Source of the DNA: Lytechinus pictus
Lineage: Eukaryota
DNA: 64,000 nt
Direction of reading: 5' to 3'
Assembly (NCBI RefSeq): GCF_037042905.1
Contig: NC_087251.1
Coordinates: forward strand, 25,236,001 to 25,300,000
In this document: positions 1 to 13,956 of the stretch, piece by piece
Layout: each line of letters opens with the position of its first letter
Numbering within the stretch: position 1 is the stretch's first letter
The notes under the pieces: generated by a model
The model's database searches: none
Told to the model about the DNA's origin: nothing
Seen by the model: the letters and a program-made list of their open reading frames with translations, nothing else
Translations under genes and position numbers: made by a program

Positions 1-35
1 AATAGAAGGGAATTAGTCAGCAAACAAAATTTTTA

Positions 36-254
36 ATCACTAATTTTAAATCATTCTTAAACAAATGAATCATACAGTACATGTAAATCAAACAATGATG
101 TAAATATTATGTAATTTATTGATTACGAGTCACAATCAATAAATTACTCCTAGTACATATGTTTGTATTTACATCATTGTTTGATTTACATGTACTGTAT
201 ATGTCACTTCCATATGATGATTCATTTGTTTATGAATGATTTAGAATTAGTGAT
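36..254. repeat. Imperfect inverted repeat (foldback), about 220 bp
   Basis: Three nested complementary blocks around a 9-nt loop (acgagtcac). Confidence 0.85.
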
Positions 255-2929
255 CATCGTAAGAACTCTACCTTTGTAAGTGAGAACTTGGAACAGACAT
301 TATTTTTACTCAAGCAAAGTACACAAAAGAAGTATGACGACACATCAAAATCAACATGCCAGTCATTTAGTCAAGAAGAACTAATACTTACTTTTTTTAA
401 TGCCCGTATAGCTGTTTTACCATATGAACTTCACAGTAGGTCTTTAAACAACCCTGTTTAATTTATTGAATAAAAGATATTAAAAATTAGACCTCGTTTT
501 TATGATGTTAAATACTTGTTTAAACTAGGCTACTAAATAACTACTGTCAAGTTTAAATAGTAAACAGCGCCATAAAAAATAATGAATAAACATTGTTTTT
601 AGTGTGCAAAGAGATCTAAATGAGGAAGATGGATGGGGTAAGTTCGATCTCACCTTTGATGTAAATGTGCATGGCAACATTGACATCATGTTAGCAGAGT
701 GAACTTGTCTAGGAGGAGCAATTAAAATTTGGCTATGTCACGTCAGTTTAGCGGAAAAGCGATAGATACACGATGGAAATAGGATTTATTAGTAGCGCAC
801 TATCTTGTCATACACATAGGTCGTACATAAACGACAGCGATGTATCTCTAGATTTCATAGACAGCAACAATTTTTAGCATTATCACCGCTACACTTGTCA
901 TTTACATAATAGTTCAAAGATACTAAATAAAGTAAACGCTCCTAAAAGGGTATTTTAAGATTCTAAATAAAGATGAACTTGAACGCGGTCGTAAGGATCC
1001 TTAACGCATCACGTCAATCGATGGATTACTACAATTATGTGGTGTCATGCTGGGCTTTCTCTCTTTAATTAATTTCCGGAGCATTCCTAATCCCAAATAA
1101 TTCCTCGTTGTTCCTGTGTTGTTCGCTACACGTTCTTCATTGATATATCTGTTATTTACCCCAATGAGGTATACTGCCTTTGCTCTTTTTGTTAGCGGAA
1201 AATGCTAGAAATACACACATGAAAACGAACAAAACAAAACAAACATTTAGTTCTGAAGCCCCCCTTGCGATGTTTCATCCGTCTTCCTCCCACTCTCCCT
1301 CTTCCGTGATCATGTTAATCCACTTCTGACTCACTCATTCTTTTCTCTATCTACTGAAGGGGCCTCAATACACGTATTTATGTATTATATCATCACCCCC
1401 TTCTCTCTACCCCATCAAACATTTCAAACATCGACTTCCGATTAGCTCTCAAACTCCCCCTCACTCTCTCCCCTCCTTTATATATACCCTAGAGCTCCGT
1501 ATACAGTTCAACTCTCTTTGCCCGCAATTTCAATAGATCCCCCTATATTGTTCACCCCCCCCCCCCCCTCTTTCTGTCCGTCCGTCTACTGTATCTTTCC
1601 CCACTCACTCTCTCTTTCCATCTCTCCCTCTGTCTTGCCTCTCTTTGTTTTTCTCAAGCGTCACTAGTTCTTACATCACTATCTTTCTGAGTGTCGCCCC
1701 TTCGCATCTCCCTCTCTCTTTCCCACTTTAAAGTCTTATTCCATATTGAGCTCCTACACTAACCATGGACCCACTACAAATCATGCTGGTAACCTTTGCT
1801 GGTAACACTCTCGGAACCATCATTTATGATAAACATTCGAAATCGAGATATAAACAGTGCATGAATCTCCCTTTCTTTTCTCATTACCTCGGTCACGTCC
1901 ATGTCTTGCAAATTGATATCTAATAATTTGCCAAATCTATTTCCTCCTGTTTACTCTTCTATATTTTTTTTTCATTGAATGAGACCGAACCAATAATGAC
2001 CATATTATCCTATACCTGCATGGCGGTGATTAAGGTGATATTCATGAATAAAGTAACTGTCTATTAGTATTATCTTCTATCCAGTTAGCTTGAAAGATGG
2101 TATTTACAAGCGAGACACGGATAGCAAATGAAATTCGAAAATGAATTACAGGCTCTAGCCTAGCGATTAAAGAAATATTTTGAAGAAATTGATGCGATTT
2201 CATGTATATAGGTCTTACTTATGAGTAGGTATTACTAACGGTATCGACTCCTGTACAAAAGATGAAAGTCGTCCCTTAATCATGTTAGTTCCCACCCCTT
2301 CATTATTTCCTCCAATATCTCAAAACTACTCCCTTCGATTACTTATCACAGTATACATTGATTTGATTTTTATCATACATTTTCCTCATCGTAATTACAA
2401 TGAATAAAGTTGCATCTTAGTGGGATAGGTGGCAATTGCGGTTGTCAATCATTATTACGCTGTAACATTATTAAGCACATTGTGTGTTGAATTTTTTGAA
2501 GTCGTCATATAAAAGTTTGGGCTGAGCTGAATATCTGTATTCACAAGTGACACATTTTCGACGTATGCTTTTCTTTCACCAATCCCCCAATGAATATTAA
2601 TATAGATAATTGTTGTAGGGCATTCGAACCAAATAATCACTGACAGAGACTCGACCGGCAAGTATTTTGTGAAAATGAAGTTAAAGACAAGATGGATTAT
2701 GTTTTACATTATCCCGCTATGTAAATAGTCGTTATATCGTTTGATTCGTTACATAGTCTGCATTCTAATGACGCAGGACTTGCACCGTGGCGCAAGACTG
2801 CGTCAGAAGTGTATAATCAATTTGACAAGCCGTTATAATGATACATGAATTGTAAATGAAATCGTGTGAGGTGTGAGGTCATGACGACATGTCAGTCTGT
2901 ATTTAGGCACACAGCCTTGCCTTAACTTA

Positions 2930-3176
2930 AGAAATTTTTACATTCCAATTGGAAAAACGGTCATTTTGAGCACGCGATTTTAAATGAAGAACGAGTTGTG
3001 TATCTCAATCTCGCTTGCTGATTTCTGTGTAACATTACAATCTTATTTTATTTTTGCACATGCGGAATTATTGGGGGGGGGGCAAAACGATATGTTTGCC
3101 CCCCCAATATTTTCATTGGTGGGGCGATCGCCCCCCCTGCCCCCCCCCCCCCCCCCCCCCAGGATCGACGCCTCTG
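2930..3176. mobile_element. Truncated hAT-like MITE end (poly-G/poly-C subterminal, ...GGATCGACGCCTCTG)
   Basis: Terminus resembles the CAG-terminated, GC-rich MITEs at 13180 and 50696; the other end was not found. Confidence 0.45.
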
Positions 3177-3840
3177 GCTGCAGCCACAGAGAGGTGCATG
3201 GGCGTTGGGCAAATGATTTTTTTTTTTCAGTGGGAGCGTCCACCTTCAAAATTCGAAAGCAACATACAAGTACTCCTTTGATATTTCAAAACAGGTTTTG
3301 CCCCCACTCCTCATAACACAACCTCGTCGCCACTGATAGTTATATGAGCGCATGGACTAACGCAGTTGATGTGACGTCATTTTATGCAATCAACAAACAT
3401 ACCAGGCAAACGAACTGATAATGTGTCAGCCATTGAGAATATTTGGCATACCTCATGACCCCTCGTGGGCGCATGCCTTGATTGACGAGAGCGATCGACC
3501 CCGACCGAGAAAGACCGTAACGATAACGTCTTTGAGAAACGGAACACGTTCATTATCGAAATATACAAATATTAACTGTACATCTAGTGCTATGCTGAAT
3601 ATAAATTATTCTTCTGAAAGATTGCTAGAGTGGTGAAGTGAAACCAAAATAAATTCAAAGAACCAATCGAGTTATCAATGAACTTAAATACAGGCTTAAA
3701 TTTGATGCAGATATTTGATAATGTCTCACTTCCCAAAAAAAATATTTTATAATCCTTAGAAAATAATGATGATATTTATCCCCTGATCCCCTCCCCTACA
3801 CACACACATGCACACAGTCGCATCTAATTCTCTCTATCAC

Positions 3841-3893
3841 CTAGCTTTTCCTCCAACACATCCTAACTGTTGATCCGGTGGATCCTCCGTCAT
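3841..3893 (-). CDS. Candidate first coding exon of an unidentified gene running left out of the window (MTEDPPDQQLGCVGGKA..)
   Basis: ATG at 3893 (ataATGA), donor AG|gtgata at 3841, TATA box about 160 nt upstream; product not recognised. Confidence 0.35.
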
Positions 3894-4051
3894 TATAATG
3901 TGTTTTGGACAACACAGCTTCAGCAACTCAATCAAACATCCATTCACTCCCCCCGTACCCTCCTCAAACTTGTCTTGCTGTCGACAGTCTTGCGTTGCAT
4001 CAATCCCGCGTTCTTCATCGTGAGGGCATAGCGAGTGGGCGGGCATTCAAG

Positions 4052-4059
4052 TTTTTATA
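4052..4059 (-). promoter_or_regulatory. TATA box (CTATAAAAAC) with GC-rich flanks
   Basis: Consensus TATAAAAA on the - strand, flanked by ggcagc and ttgaatgcccgccc; a CCAAT lies at ~4312. Confidence 0.45.
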
Positions 4060-5454
4060 GCTGCCAAGGTTTCACACTCGAAAGGAAACGGAGGGCTGGC
4101 TATAGTTTGCTAATAGAACCAAAGGTCTATATCCGGAGCATTCGGCCTAAAGCCAACAGACACCTTTGTGTTAATTACTTACATCATAGCTCATTAAAAA
4201 CTTTTCCAGCCGCATTCACCTAAATAGTTTGTCATCTAGGCTATATACAGGCGGATTCACTGACAACAAAACTTATACGGAATATACTTCATGCTCCTTT
4301 TCACTAGTTGACCAATAGGAAGGTATGTATTTTTACGTTTTCCCGCCTTGTTGATATGATGCTGAGTATTGATAGCGTGAACTATTAACCTACTGTAAGC
4401 ATCCGATTATATGCATATACCCTCGGAGAATGTTTTCAAACAGTGTCAAGCTAAAATCATTTTCTTGTGTGCATCAACATGATCAAACAGACGAAAAATA
4501 TAAAATATAACATAAATCAGAACTCTTATCATTTTGATTATTGAATCTGCATGTTAACGCAACTTCAATATGGCTTGCTCCTTTCCTTCTTTTTTTTAAC
4601 TATAGGCGCGCTCCGGAAGCCAGCTGGATATACTTACATATACAGTCATGACAATTATTAACATTGCGACTAATAACCCAAAGAAGTGTTTAAATAAAGG
4701 CCTGCATGCTTCATAAAATGAGAGAAAATATCCCATTACTTTTATCGTACATGGTGATCACATAATGTTCTTCGCATTTCTACTTTGCTTATAAGCCTGA
4801 TAAGGAAAACAAGTATATCGCATTGTGGTATTTTCATTTCTTAGATTTATTCATTATAATTTTACTCTGCTCTCACTGTATAGTTTATTTATATTAAATA
4901 TGTTACACGATTGTAGGAAAATACAAAACCAAATTTAAACTTACATATTTTCTTATATTTTTAAGTGTTATCTGATTTATTTCCCGTGGAATATAATTTC
5001 ATTGAAAAAATAATTTAAATATATTTTGTTTCTTTATATGACAAGATCAAAATGTAGCGTGAGGTAAATCGAATGAGTCTGTGCACAACTAGGCCTCTCT
5101 CCCGTTTTTCACAAACGTTTTTTTATCCATGTTGATCTTTAGATAAAAGATATAGTGAACATAAGGAAATCGAGTATAGCATTAATTAGATAAAGTATTA
5201 ATGGATTTTATTATGAAATAATGATATAACTATGGTGAATGTTTTTTTTTTCTTTGTTTGCGTATGAATTGCAAAACGAGGCTCAAAGGTTTTGTTTAGA
5301 AACAAAGCTTTGTGCATCGACTTCCTTTTGCATCATTGGATTTTGTCCGATATTTTTATATAAATTTTCGTATGGATAATCTTATTAATTTACAGTTTCA
5401 CAATATTTAGAACCGCATATCAATAAGATTGTAATTCATAATTATAAATATTAA

Positions 5455-5790
5455 TAATGATAATAATATTTGTCAGTTTTTGTATAGCGCATAACACATA
5501 CCTCTTATGTCTCTATGTGCTTCAGAAAATAAAGGAGAGGAAGAAATGTTCAGAGTTCACTTTGTTAAGGTAAAGTACAATTTAAATAAGTAGGTTTTAA
5601 GAGCTGTTATGAATTTGTTTACTGAATCGATTGTTTTCAGGGAATTTGGGAGTTTGTTCAGGGCTGCATGTGCACATGAACGTTCACCATATTTTTTTGC
5701 TGATGTTGGTGGAACGATTGATAAATTGTTTGTGAACGTATAGATGACGTGTCGGCTTAGAGACAGTGAATAAATGACTCTGTTTTAATT
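5455..5790 (-). mobile_element. L2/CR1-group LINE 3' fragment
   Basis: - strand reads KYGERSCAHAA..NKLPNSLKTIDSVNKFITALKTYLF, then a GCGCTATA stem-loop and a (TTA)n-like tail. Confidence 0.7.
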
Positions 5791-8700
5791 TAACTATAAA
5801 TGGTTGAGAGGTGAAGAAAAATGGACAAAACTTCTTGTCTTTAAAAATAGATGGAAGCACACAAAAATCAAATCACCCGATTGAATAAGACTCATTCATT
5901 CATATAATAATAATTGATATCAATAATCTGAAGTGGAATTGATTTTATTTACCAAGTGTGTCAGAACCCACTATGCGCATTTGTTAATTAATTTCATTCG
6001 TTAATAAATCATTGAAAATTTCATTACAGAGCATTGGCTTATACCTTATGAATATAAAGACAGTGTAAAGAAAGAAAACAGTTCGTTAATCCTATTAATG
6101 GAGATAATGACCGCAAGCCATGCGATGGATTTGTTATTTGACTGCAATGACCTAATTCCATGATACTTATTAACAAAATTAGGAAATACAAACTACCTTA
6201 CACCTGCTGAGAGACAGAAGGGCGTTAACTTGAACATAATCAGGTACAGGCAATCGGCGTACCGCCTGCTGGCATGGAGTTATTTAAGGAGGGATAGAAA
6301 TTATCAATTGATTTTAGAAATGTTGTGAATATGGATCTATATTTTATTCGGCGTATCATCTATATAAAACAAGTTATCAGAGTTTTTCAATATTACTCAT
6401 AATCATTTTAGTGTAATTTCTAAAAGACTTCTGATCAGAATTGATGAATAATGAATCACAAAGCTACGTACTAAGGCACATTTCACAAGATTTTTAAATA
6501 ACTTGTCATTCCGATGAATTGTTGATATCCATCGGGACTTTGTAAAACATCAGGGTGTAATCTCGGGAAGCAGTATACTCCCACTATACTGCCAGCTGAC
6601 GACCAGCTTTATAAGGTCCCTGGGGATAGAGGACCCCCTGTCACTTAAATATTCTGCCCGTTAACAGTTTGTTTTGTTTTATTTGTGAATGTATACCCCC
6701 TCGCTCTCTCTCTCCATTTTCCTCCCATCCTATTGCATTTTTAAATTCTTCTTTACCTTTTCACCTAACTTTTTTATCTGTTTTTGTTATGTATCTTATG
6801 CTTCTCCCAAGTTAAATACTTGTCAATTCCTATATATCGTATCTAGTTTCTACGATTCCTCATTTTCAAAGAGTATTGATTATTGCTTGTCAATTTTCCC
6901 CCCTTGTTAGTCCAATCCCTTCGCATTTGATGCTGATGAATTTCTGTATTCTAATTCAGTCTTTCTAATAAACGTTAATTAATTTCCAACATCTTAAATA
7001 TATGAATTAAAAAGATAGACGACTTCCATCAATGTTTGTAGCCATAGCGTAATGTAGGGTCTACATTCAATGTAATTACGAGAGAGTTAGTATCATTCAA
7101 GTAAAATGATTGATTTTGCTTTATATAATTATGCTTTATTTCATGTCATCATATAGGCCTACATATTTTCTTAAGATTTTTTCTGAAAGACGCATATTGA
7201 CCGCGGGCAAATACGCATAATGTGCCAAACATCTAAGGTCTCTCAACTTTATGAGCATATCGGCTGACTAGTATATAGGTCTGTTATTAATCATACTTCA
7301 CACATTGATTGTGATCAGTCTCATCAATTTAGTTTCGCATGGGATAGTACAACCTCAGTCAGAATGAATTCATTATTTTGAGCTCCAGAGAAACATGGTG
7401 TTGGGATGATAGTAGCCTTCAGCAGCCATCGTGTATTTCCTAAAGGGAAATGTTCTGCAACTTTAACATAAGTTGTTCAAGATGGTATACTTTGGTGATG
7501 ATTAATGTGTGTCGGATATTCCTTGATGGTCAGTTTTGAAATTAGTGTTGGAAGTCGAAATGGAAGCGGATTATAGGAGGGTAAAAGATGGCGGGATTGG
7601 AGGTATTCCATATTTTGCTTGATCCCCGCCCCTCTGCCCCCGCCCCCCTCTCTCTCATTTTCATTGCCGTTGAAATGGGACAGCATTTTATTTATTAATT
7701 GATGATCATGTATATTTATTTATCTAATTACAAGACAACATGCACATGCTCGTGTTCCATGAAACCAGAGATAAAACACTATAAAATATTGGATGGTATA
7801 GCTATTCTATTCCTATTCCAAGCCAAAATCCTTTTGCTACCTGAAATTACCCATGACCTGAAACCTCCCATGTTTGGTTGATGCTGATGTATAACCTTGA
7901 GGATCAGAGCAGACAGGGTCGCGACACTCGGAGCATAGGTCGTCAAGATCCACTTCCAAATCCAGTTACAGGATTCAATCTCATGCACGTTCAGCGTAGC
8001 ATCATGCATGTTGGTGTATATAACTTATAGCAGTTAGATTTTTGTCAACTCTGGAGAAGCAACATGTTTTGTTGATTTGGGGTTGTAATGTATGTATATG
8101 TATGTCTCGCTCATGGATGCTTCGATGGCGATGCCTTTATGTCTGAGTAGATTATTGGTAAGTTTCTGAACGATGTCAACTATGATAACTATTTTACCTA
8201 TATGTTTGTGGCACTATTAGCTATTTGAGAAACAATGGTCTTAAAACTGTTCATTATAATCTTCTATTTTGATTCTTATTATCATTCAGGATAAGTATGG
8301 TACCTGTCATACGTTGTATTTGACATGTTTGAACTGCAGATGCATATTATTTTTGCGACTATAATTAAAGTACATTGTGGCTTTCATTATGATTACTTCT
8401 AAAATTCTCGCCTATCATGCCTATAAACATGATAAAGTTGCTTTATATATTGCTTTCATGCCATAATCTTTCTGAATCATATTTTGATGTGCTTGAAATA
8501 TATAGTTTAGTCAGGATTGTATATAAGATGAGCTTAAAGCAATGAGAAAGTATAGGAATCTTATAACATATTGTGATTGTCGTCTGACAAAATTTGTGAT
8601 TTCATATTTGACCATTAACATACTGTTTGTAGTACTAGATTGATATGTCTGCGTCTTAACTGGTCAATCAGAGCTCCCCGAATATCAATAATGAACTTAA

Positions 8701-9685
8701 TACCTTTGCGAAATGAAATTAGACCGACATGGAATACCCATGAACGCAAAAATAAGACTCGCTGTAAACTAATTTCCAAACGTAGGTAGAAATGGGTCAC
8801 AGAAATGAATATCATGCTGTAAGGGTGCACCTCATTAATTCGATTTAAACTAGTCAGCAATATGTTGTGAAGTGCTGTACATTATAATTCAATTTGTTGA
8901 ATCGATTTCTCTGCTCTAGATAGGGGCGTCTGCAAACAGGGATTGCAGGGATCAATTTAAGCATTCAAAATTATTTTCTATGCTATGCTCTATTAACTTT
9001 TGTGATCGTTTTTGTTATTATTAATGTTTTTTTTTTAAATGTAGGTTTTTGCAATGTTTTTTCATTTTTTTAGATTCGTTTCAGTATACCTGAATAATAA
9101 ATCCCCTAGCTCAACCACTTAATAGATTCATACGGGGTATATAAACCATATAGCTAATACATGTAATAAGCGATCTCCCGCGCTGATATCTTGCAAGAGT
9201 GTAAACTTGACGATATCGTCTGCCAAACAAGATGTCATCACGTAAGATTTCCCGGGTATTCATGTGGGAATCCTAGTGAGAATAACTAGATGAGAAACAC
9301 ATTTCATCTCGCAAGTTTGTCTCTTTACTTTAGATCTTGTAATTTAAGGTCATAATGGGTAACAGGTTCAAAATCGGGCGATCTCGTATACAGGGGTTAT
9401 TATGTACCTTATACTGATGCTCTATAACCATGAAAAGTATCACTTACCATTGGCCTTGGTTGATATACGATCATAATTATGTAATGTACTTGCGATACAA
9501 TTTGTTTTATATTCCAAATTAAGCTTTCTGACTTGTCACTTATTTTTTTCTTATTGTACATGAGGATTTTTTAAACATAATCAATTCCTCAATTAAAAAT
9601 TCGAACATTTTCAACAAGCTCGTAAATTTTCAGAAGTGCTTTTATCTTCGCACCCTCAGAAATTTGCCATATTACGCCACTTTTT

Positions 9686-10084
9686 GGAGAGCGTTTCATT
9701 AATATATATTTTGTGGTCTGACAGTTGTCAAATCTGGGGCCCATCTTACAAAGAGTTGCGATTGATCCATCAATCGCAACTATGGAAAGCCAGCAAAGTC
9801 AACATATAAAATGCATGTTTGTTAAAAAAATTCTAGATATGAATGTATATCCATAAATTCATTGATTTCTTGACAATTTGGTGTGTTCTCCTTTGTTTAC
9901 AAAGGACATTTTGCAAATTTCCTGTAGAAAAATTATGACACTGATGGATTTCCATAGATATGATTGATTGGATCAATCGTAACTCTTTGTAAGACGGAGC
10001 CCTGATATCTTTCCTTGACTTTGATTGGGCGAGGAGCTAACTGTACCATCCGCAGATGAAATAGCCCTTTCATGAAACTCTCCC
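9686..10084. mobile_element. Old MITE (GGAGAGCGTTTCAT...ATGAAACTCTCCC) interrupted by a younger MITE
   Basis: Imperfect TIRs at both ends. Confidence 0.55.
9737..10001. mobile_element. Harbinger/PIF-like MITE
   Basis: TIR GGGCCCATCTTACAAAGAGTTGCGATTGATCC / GGATCAATCGTAACTCTTTGTAAGACGGAGCC; CTG TSD on both sides. Confidence 0.85.
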
Positions 10085-13000
10085 TTTTAGTATTATTTCC
10101 ATATAGTTCTATCAGTTGGCTTATAAACGATTACCATGATTACAATGCCACACTTTTCAACAATTTGCTTGAAGCCTATCTTTAGTTTTGATAAATACCC
10201 CTAATAAAAGCGGATGTTACCATGCCAGGCAGTCCAACAGAACTGATATAGGAACACTAAAATTTGAATTCATATTTATATGGGGTCACTTGACAAATTT
10301 TCCTAGAAAGGACCTATGCCTATGTCGTTGTAGAAATAACAAGAACAAGAATATAGTCTTCTAGTGATTTTAAAAGTGGGATTTCTTCCCAAAATGCCCA
10401 GGAAAGGTACATAGCCTAATTAATTTGAGTAGGATCCTGTACATATTCGCCCTGGCATTCATAAAATTATTCTGCGTAAGCGAATTCCCGTCACACAATA
10501 TAAAGTAAATGTTATAAGACTTTTCTTTTGTTTGAATTATAATTGTCGCTAGTTATTTACGTAAATTTTCTTCGAGTACGGGTTACGGCCCCTCTTTCTA
10601 TTCATTCAATGATTAGAATGAAAGCGACTGTTTCGCTTGTCTTGGTCAGGGATGTTTGTCAGTAATGATCAAATTAGCGACGTTTGATGTTTGTGGCGAG
10701 GTCCTAGTTCCTGACATACCACCAACAATGTCAACGTTTCTTTCCGTTCACATCATTACCATGTCATTGGGTATTATAGGAAAGATAGCCGAGTCCTGAA
10801 ACAGTTCTGTTTTATATTAACCTGCTGACATGAAGCCGGTGATGTTCATGGTCGTACACAGCGGGGATGGGGGCAGTTGATTCGGCAGTTACCCCTTATG
10901 ATTTCAAAACCTGACTTTCTATCGCAAAGTTTCAACATAAGATCTACCTTATACATCAAGTTCTTCTTCTTATAGCAACATTTGAAATGCCTCCATATTA
11001 GCTTGATCACTTCGCTAACTTGCTGGCCAGCATAATGCTTTACATTTTACCTATTCTAATCTAGACCCCACTCCTCGAGATTCTTTTTTAATCATGTATA
11101 GCGTTTCATAACACTCTTGGGAAGTATGCGAATTACTTAAAATTTAAGTTCACCGGACAATAAATTTGATTATAATAAATGCAGAAAAAATAAGTAAAAA
11201 TATTGCACGATACTTGACATCATGCACACTTTATTTTTCTTCGGTTGATATCACTTGTGCCTTCTGGCTTTTGCGACCATTAAAAATGGCACCATGGGTA
11301 CTTGATCATGCACTACCCCCTTCCATATACGTTACCATACCATACCATACCATATACTTCCATATATGTTTTTCACTTTACCATTTTAAAATAGTTTGAT
11401 GCATCTTGACAAGTAGCACACAATGCACCAAGTGAATGTTGAGTGAGAATAAACATTGCATCGTTCGTTACTCCTTTCTTTTGAGACCTCCGCAAATTAT
11501 GTTGCCCCTCCCACGTTTCTACTATGATTAAATTTTTAACTTTTATTATTCTTACTAGGGGGAAAAACCCCGAACAATCAAACGATGTCAACAGTTACAA
11601 TTGTGTAGTTATTTTCGATTTGTTTTGTTTCTATTGTTAACCTCATCCTATTTTATTGGTACCTTTTATGTATTGGTAAAACCTATGAATACGGCACTAA
11701 TTAGTTTAAATCTAAAATCAAATCAAACTGCAAACGTTATATCGGATTCAGTTATGATTTATGATATTTAACTTTGGTCAGATATATATCCGTTACCCCT
11801 TTCCAGTTCTTGTTCTGTTAAAATGAATTTATCGTAATGTATATATGAGTTGCTATTATAAGAGAATGAGAAGTGATAATCAGGATCAGATACCTTCTAA
11901 GTACCTCCTCAATAGATATTCATGTAAGGGTTCTGTTGTCTCCTTTTCTTGATGTCAAAAAGCCACAAAGGGGCTCTTAAGATAGACGATTCCTCAGAAA
12001 CCTAAACTGCATGCATAATGAACGACTAATTCCTATACCCATGTTCACACAGTCATATGTTTCTTTTCTTATCTGATGCCCCCTTCTCTCACTCGAACCA
12101 CGCCCTTGCCCCGGTCCCCGCCTCTCCTGCCCCTCTGCCATTGCCCCCATCCCGCCCCTTCTCTATAAGATGCTTACCATGCTTACGTCTGAACTTTTAA
12201 TTGTTGTATTTTTTTGCCTTACTTCGTTCATACTGCCCCTACAAACCCCTTGCCCCCCCCCCCCCCCATTCCACGCCCCGTATATCACTTGCCCCCCTCT
12301 CTCTCCACCCCTCGATCCCCAAGCCAGGAAGACTAGATAATGTTTATTACCACACCTGAACAACGTATTGTCATGTACCATCCCTTCTTTCATCTTTACT
12401 TCTGCATACCGTCTCCCTCTTCTCAACCCCTGCCACTCTCCTCCCCACTCCTTTCACCTCCTTACCTCCCCCATCTCCCCCTCTCTCTCTCTGTTCTCTA
12501 TATATCACTCAATTCATTTCCCATCAATTTTCTTACTAACCGAAACTGTTATATAAAAAATACAATTTATAAAATTATGATTGTATTATACATGCAGAGT
12601 TTCACTTTCATTCCGTATTTGTGTGATTAATGTTCTCAAACCGTTTCTTCTTTCATGAAAGAAATCTTGTTACTAACTTTAGATCCCTATCCGTTGATTA
12701 TGGCAAACATTCCCTTTTACGGTATACATGGCATAGTCAAGTGAGTATAACTCGGTCAATAGTCAAAATGAAATCAGATTACTCTCAAAGCGCAATGGTA
12801 GTTTGTAAATATTTGCTGCGAAATGAATTCTCGCTCTTATTTCCGATTCAATTTGACATTAAAATGTTCTCGACCACCTTTTCCCCCATCTTTGGCCAAA
12901 ATAAATAGGGCTTTTTGAAATGTTGCCAAGCAAGAACTTCGTTAACTCCCTATCTCTACCATGTCTATCGAAGCCCCGTCGCTAAATTCGTTCTTGATTC

Positions 13001-13179
13001 CATGTATTAAAAACTTTACCTACACCATCAAGAAGTCTATTTTGCCACCTCTGAAAAAATTCTGCTGCTCCACCTTCTCCGTTCCTTCTTTTTTTTTTTG
13101 CATTATTATTATTTTTTATCCCCCCGCGCTTTCATGAACTCTTGTTAAAATGCTCCATATACGAGGAATCTACGTCACC

Positions 13180-13471
13180 CACTGGCGTACTGATATGGGG
13201 GGGGGGGGGGGGTGGCAGCTGGCTTGGGGGTCATGGCCCCAGAAAATTTCAAGACCAAGAAAAATAAAAGGAGGAAAAGAAAGAGAAGTATATAGGGATA
13301 GACTGAAGTCTTGTTTTCTAAGTACTATGTCAAAATCTATCAAACAATTAGATTTTTGTATAAATAAGTTGAATTTTTTTGCGAGCACACTTGGCTCTCT
13401 CGCATCTTTCCAGACCCTTTGCTCCATCCGCCATATCTTGGCCCTCATTTTTGTGGCCCATTATGCCACTG
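13180..13471. mobile_element. hAT-type MITE
   Basis: TIR CACTGGCGTA / TATGCCACTG; perfect 8-bp TSD ACGTCACC. Confidence 0.85.
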
Positions 13472-13734
13472 ACGTCACCACCTTCTTTTTGTATATTATA
13501 GAGTACAGTTTTCTGTTTCTACAACACCTAGGGATCACTCCTCCATCTAAATGACACCCGTGTTAGCTTGCCGACTGTCATGAAAGCAAGCCGACCGTGC
13601 AATATCGCGATGAAATATTTCGTCGTATTACGCGTAAGGGACTTGAATAATACATTAATTTTCACGCAATTGGAGTGTTGGTGCATTTTGATATAAGAAA
13701 TTAACAAGGGGATAGGTGTATGGAGAGAAGGATA

Positions 13735-13750
13735 CAGAGAGGGAGGGGAT

Positions 13751-13785
<35 letters not shown>

Positions 13786-13800
13786 GGGAGAGGGGGAGGG
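13735..13800. repeat. (GA)n microsatellite
   Basis: Direct observation. Confidence 0.9.
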
Positions 13801-13956
13801 ATGGTATAAGTTGGTTAAAATCATTATTGAACTCTTATGATAGTACAAGTTCTTTATTATAGAAATAACTGTATTACCCGAAAATGTGAAATTGCCCTTA
13901 GTATTTTACTGAGATGGGGTAGATAGATTGAATCTCGAGAAAAAATGGGTAATTAA

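Noticed and set aside
2984..3316. Pro/Gly-rich ORFs
   Set aside because: Arise from poly-C/poly-G tracts of a MITE end
12070..12500. C-rich tract ORFs or a dedicated G-quadruplex element
   Set aside because: Low-complexity C/T runs occur throughout the window (also 1260-1720) with no specific organisation
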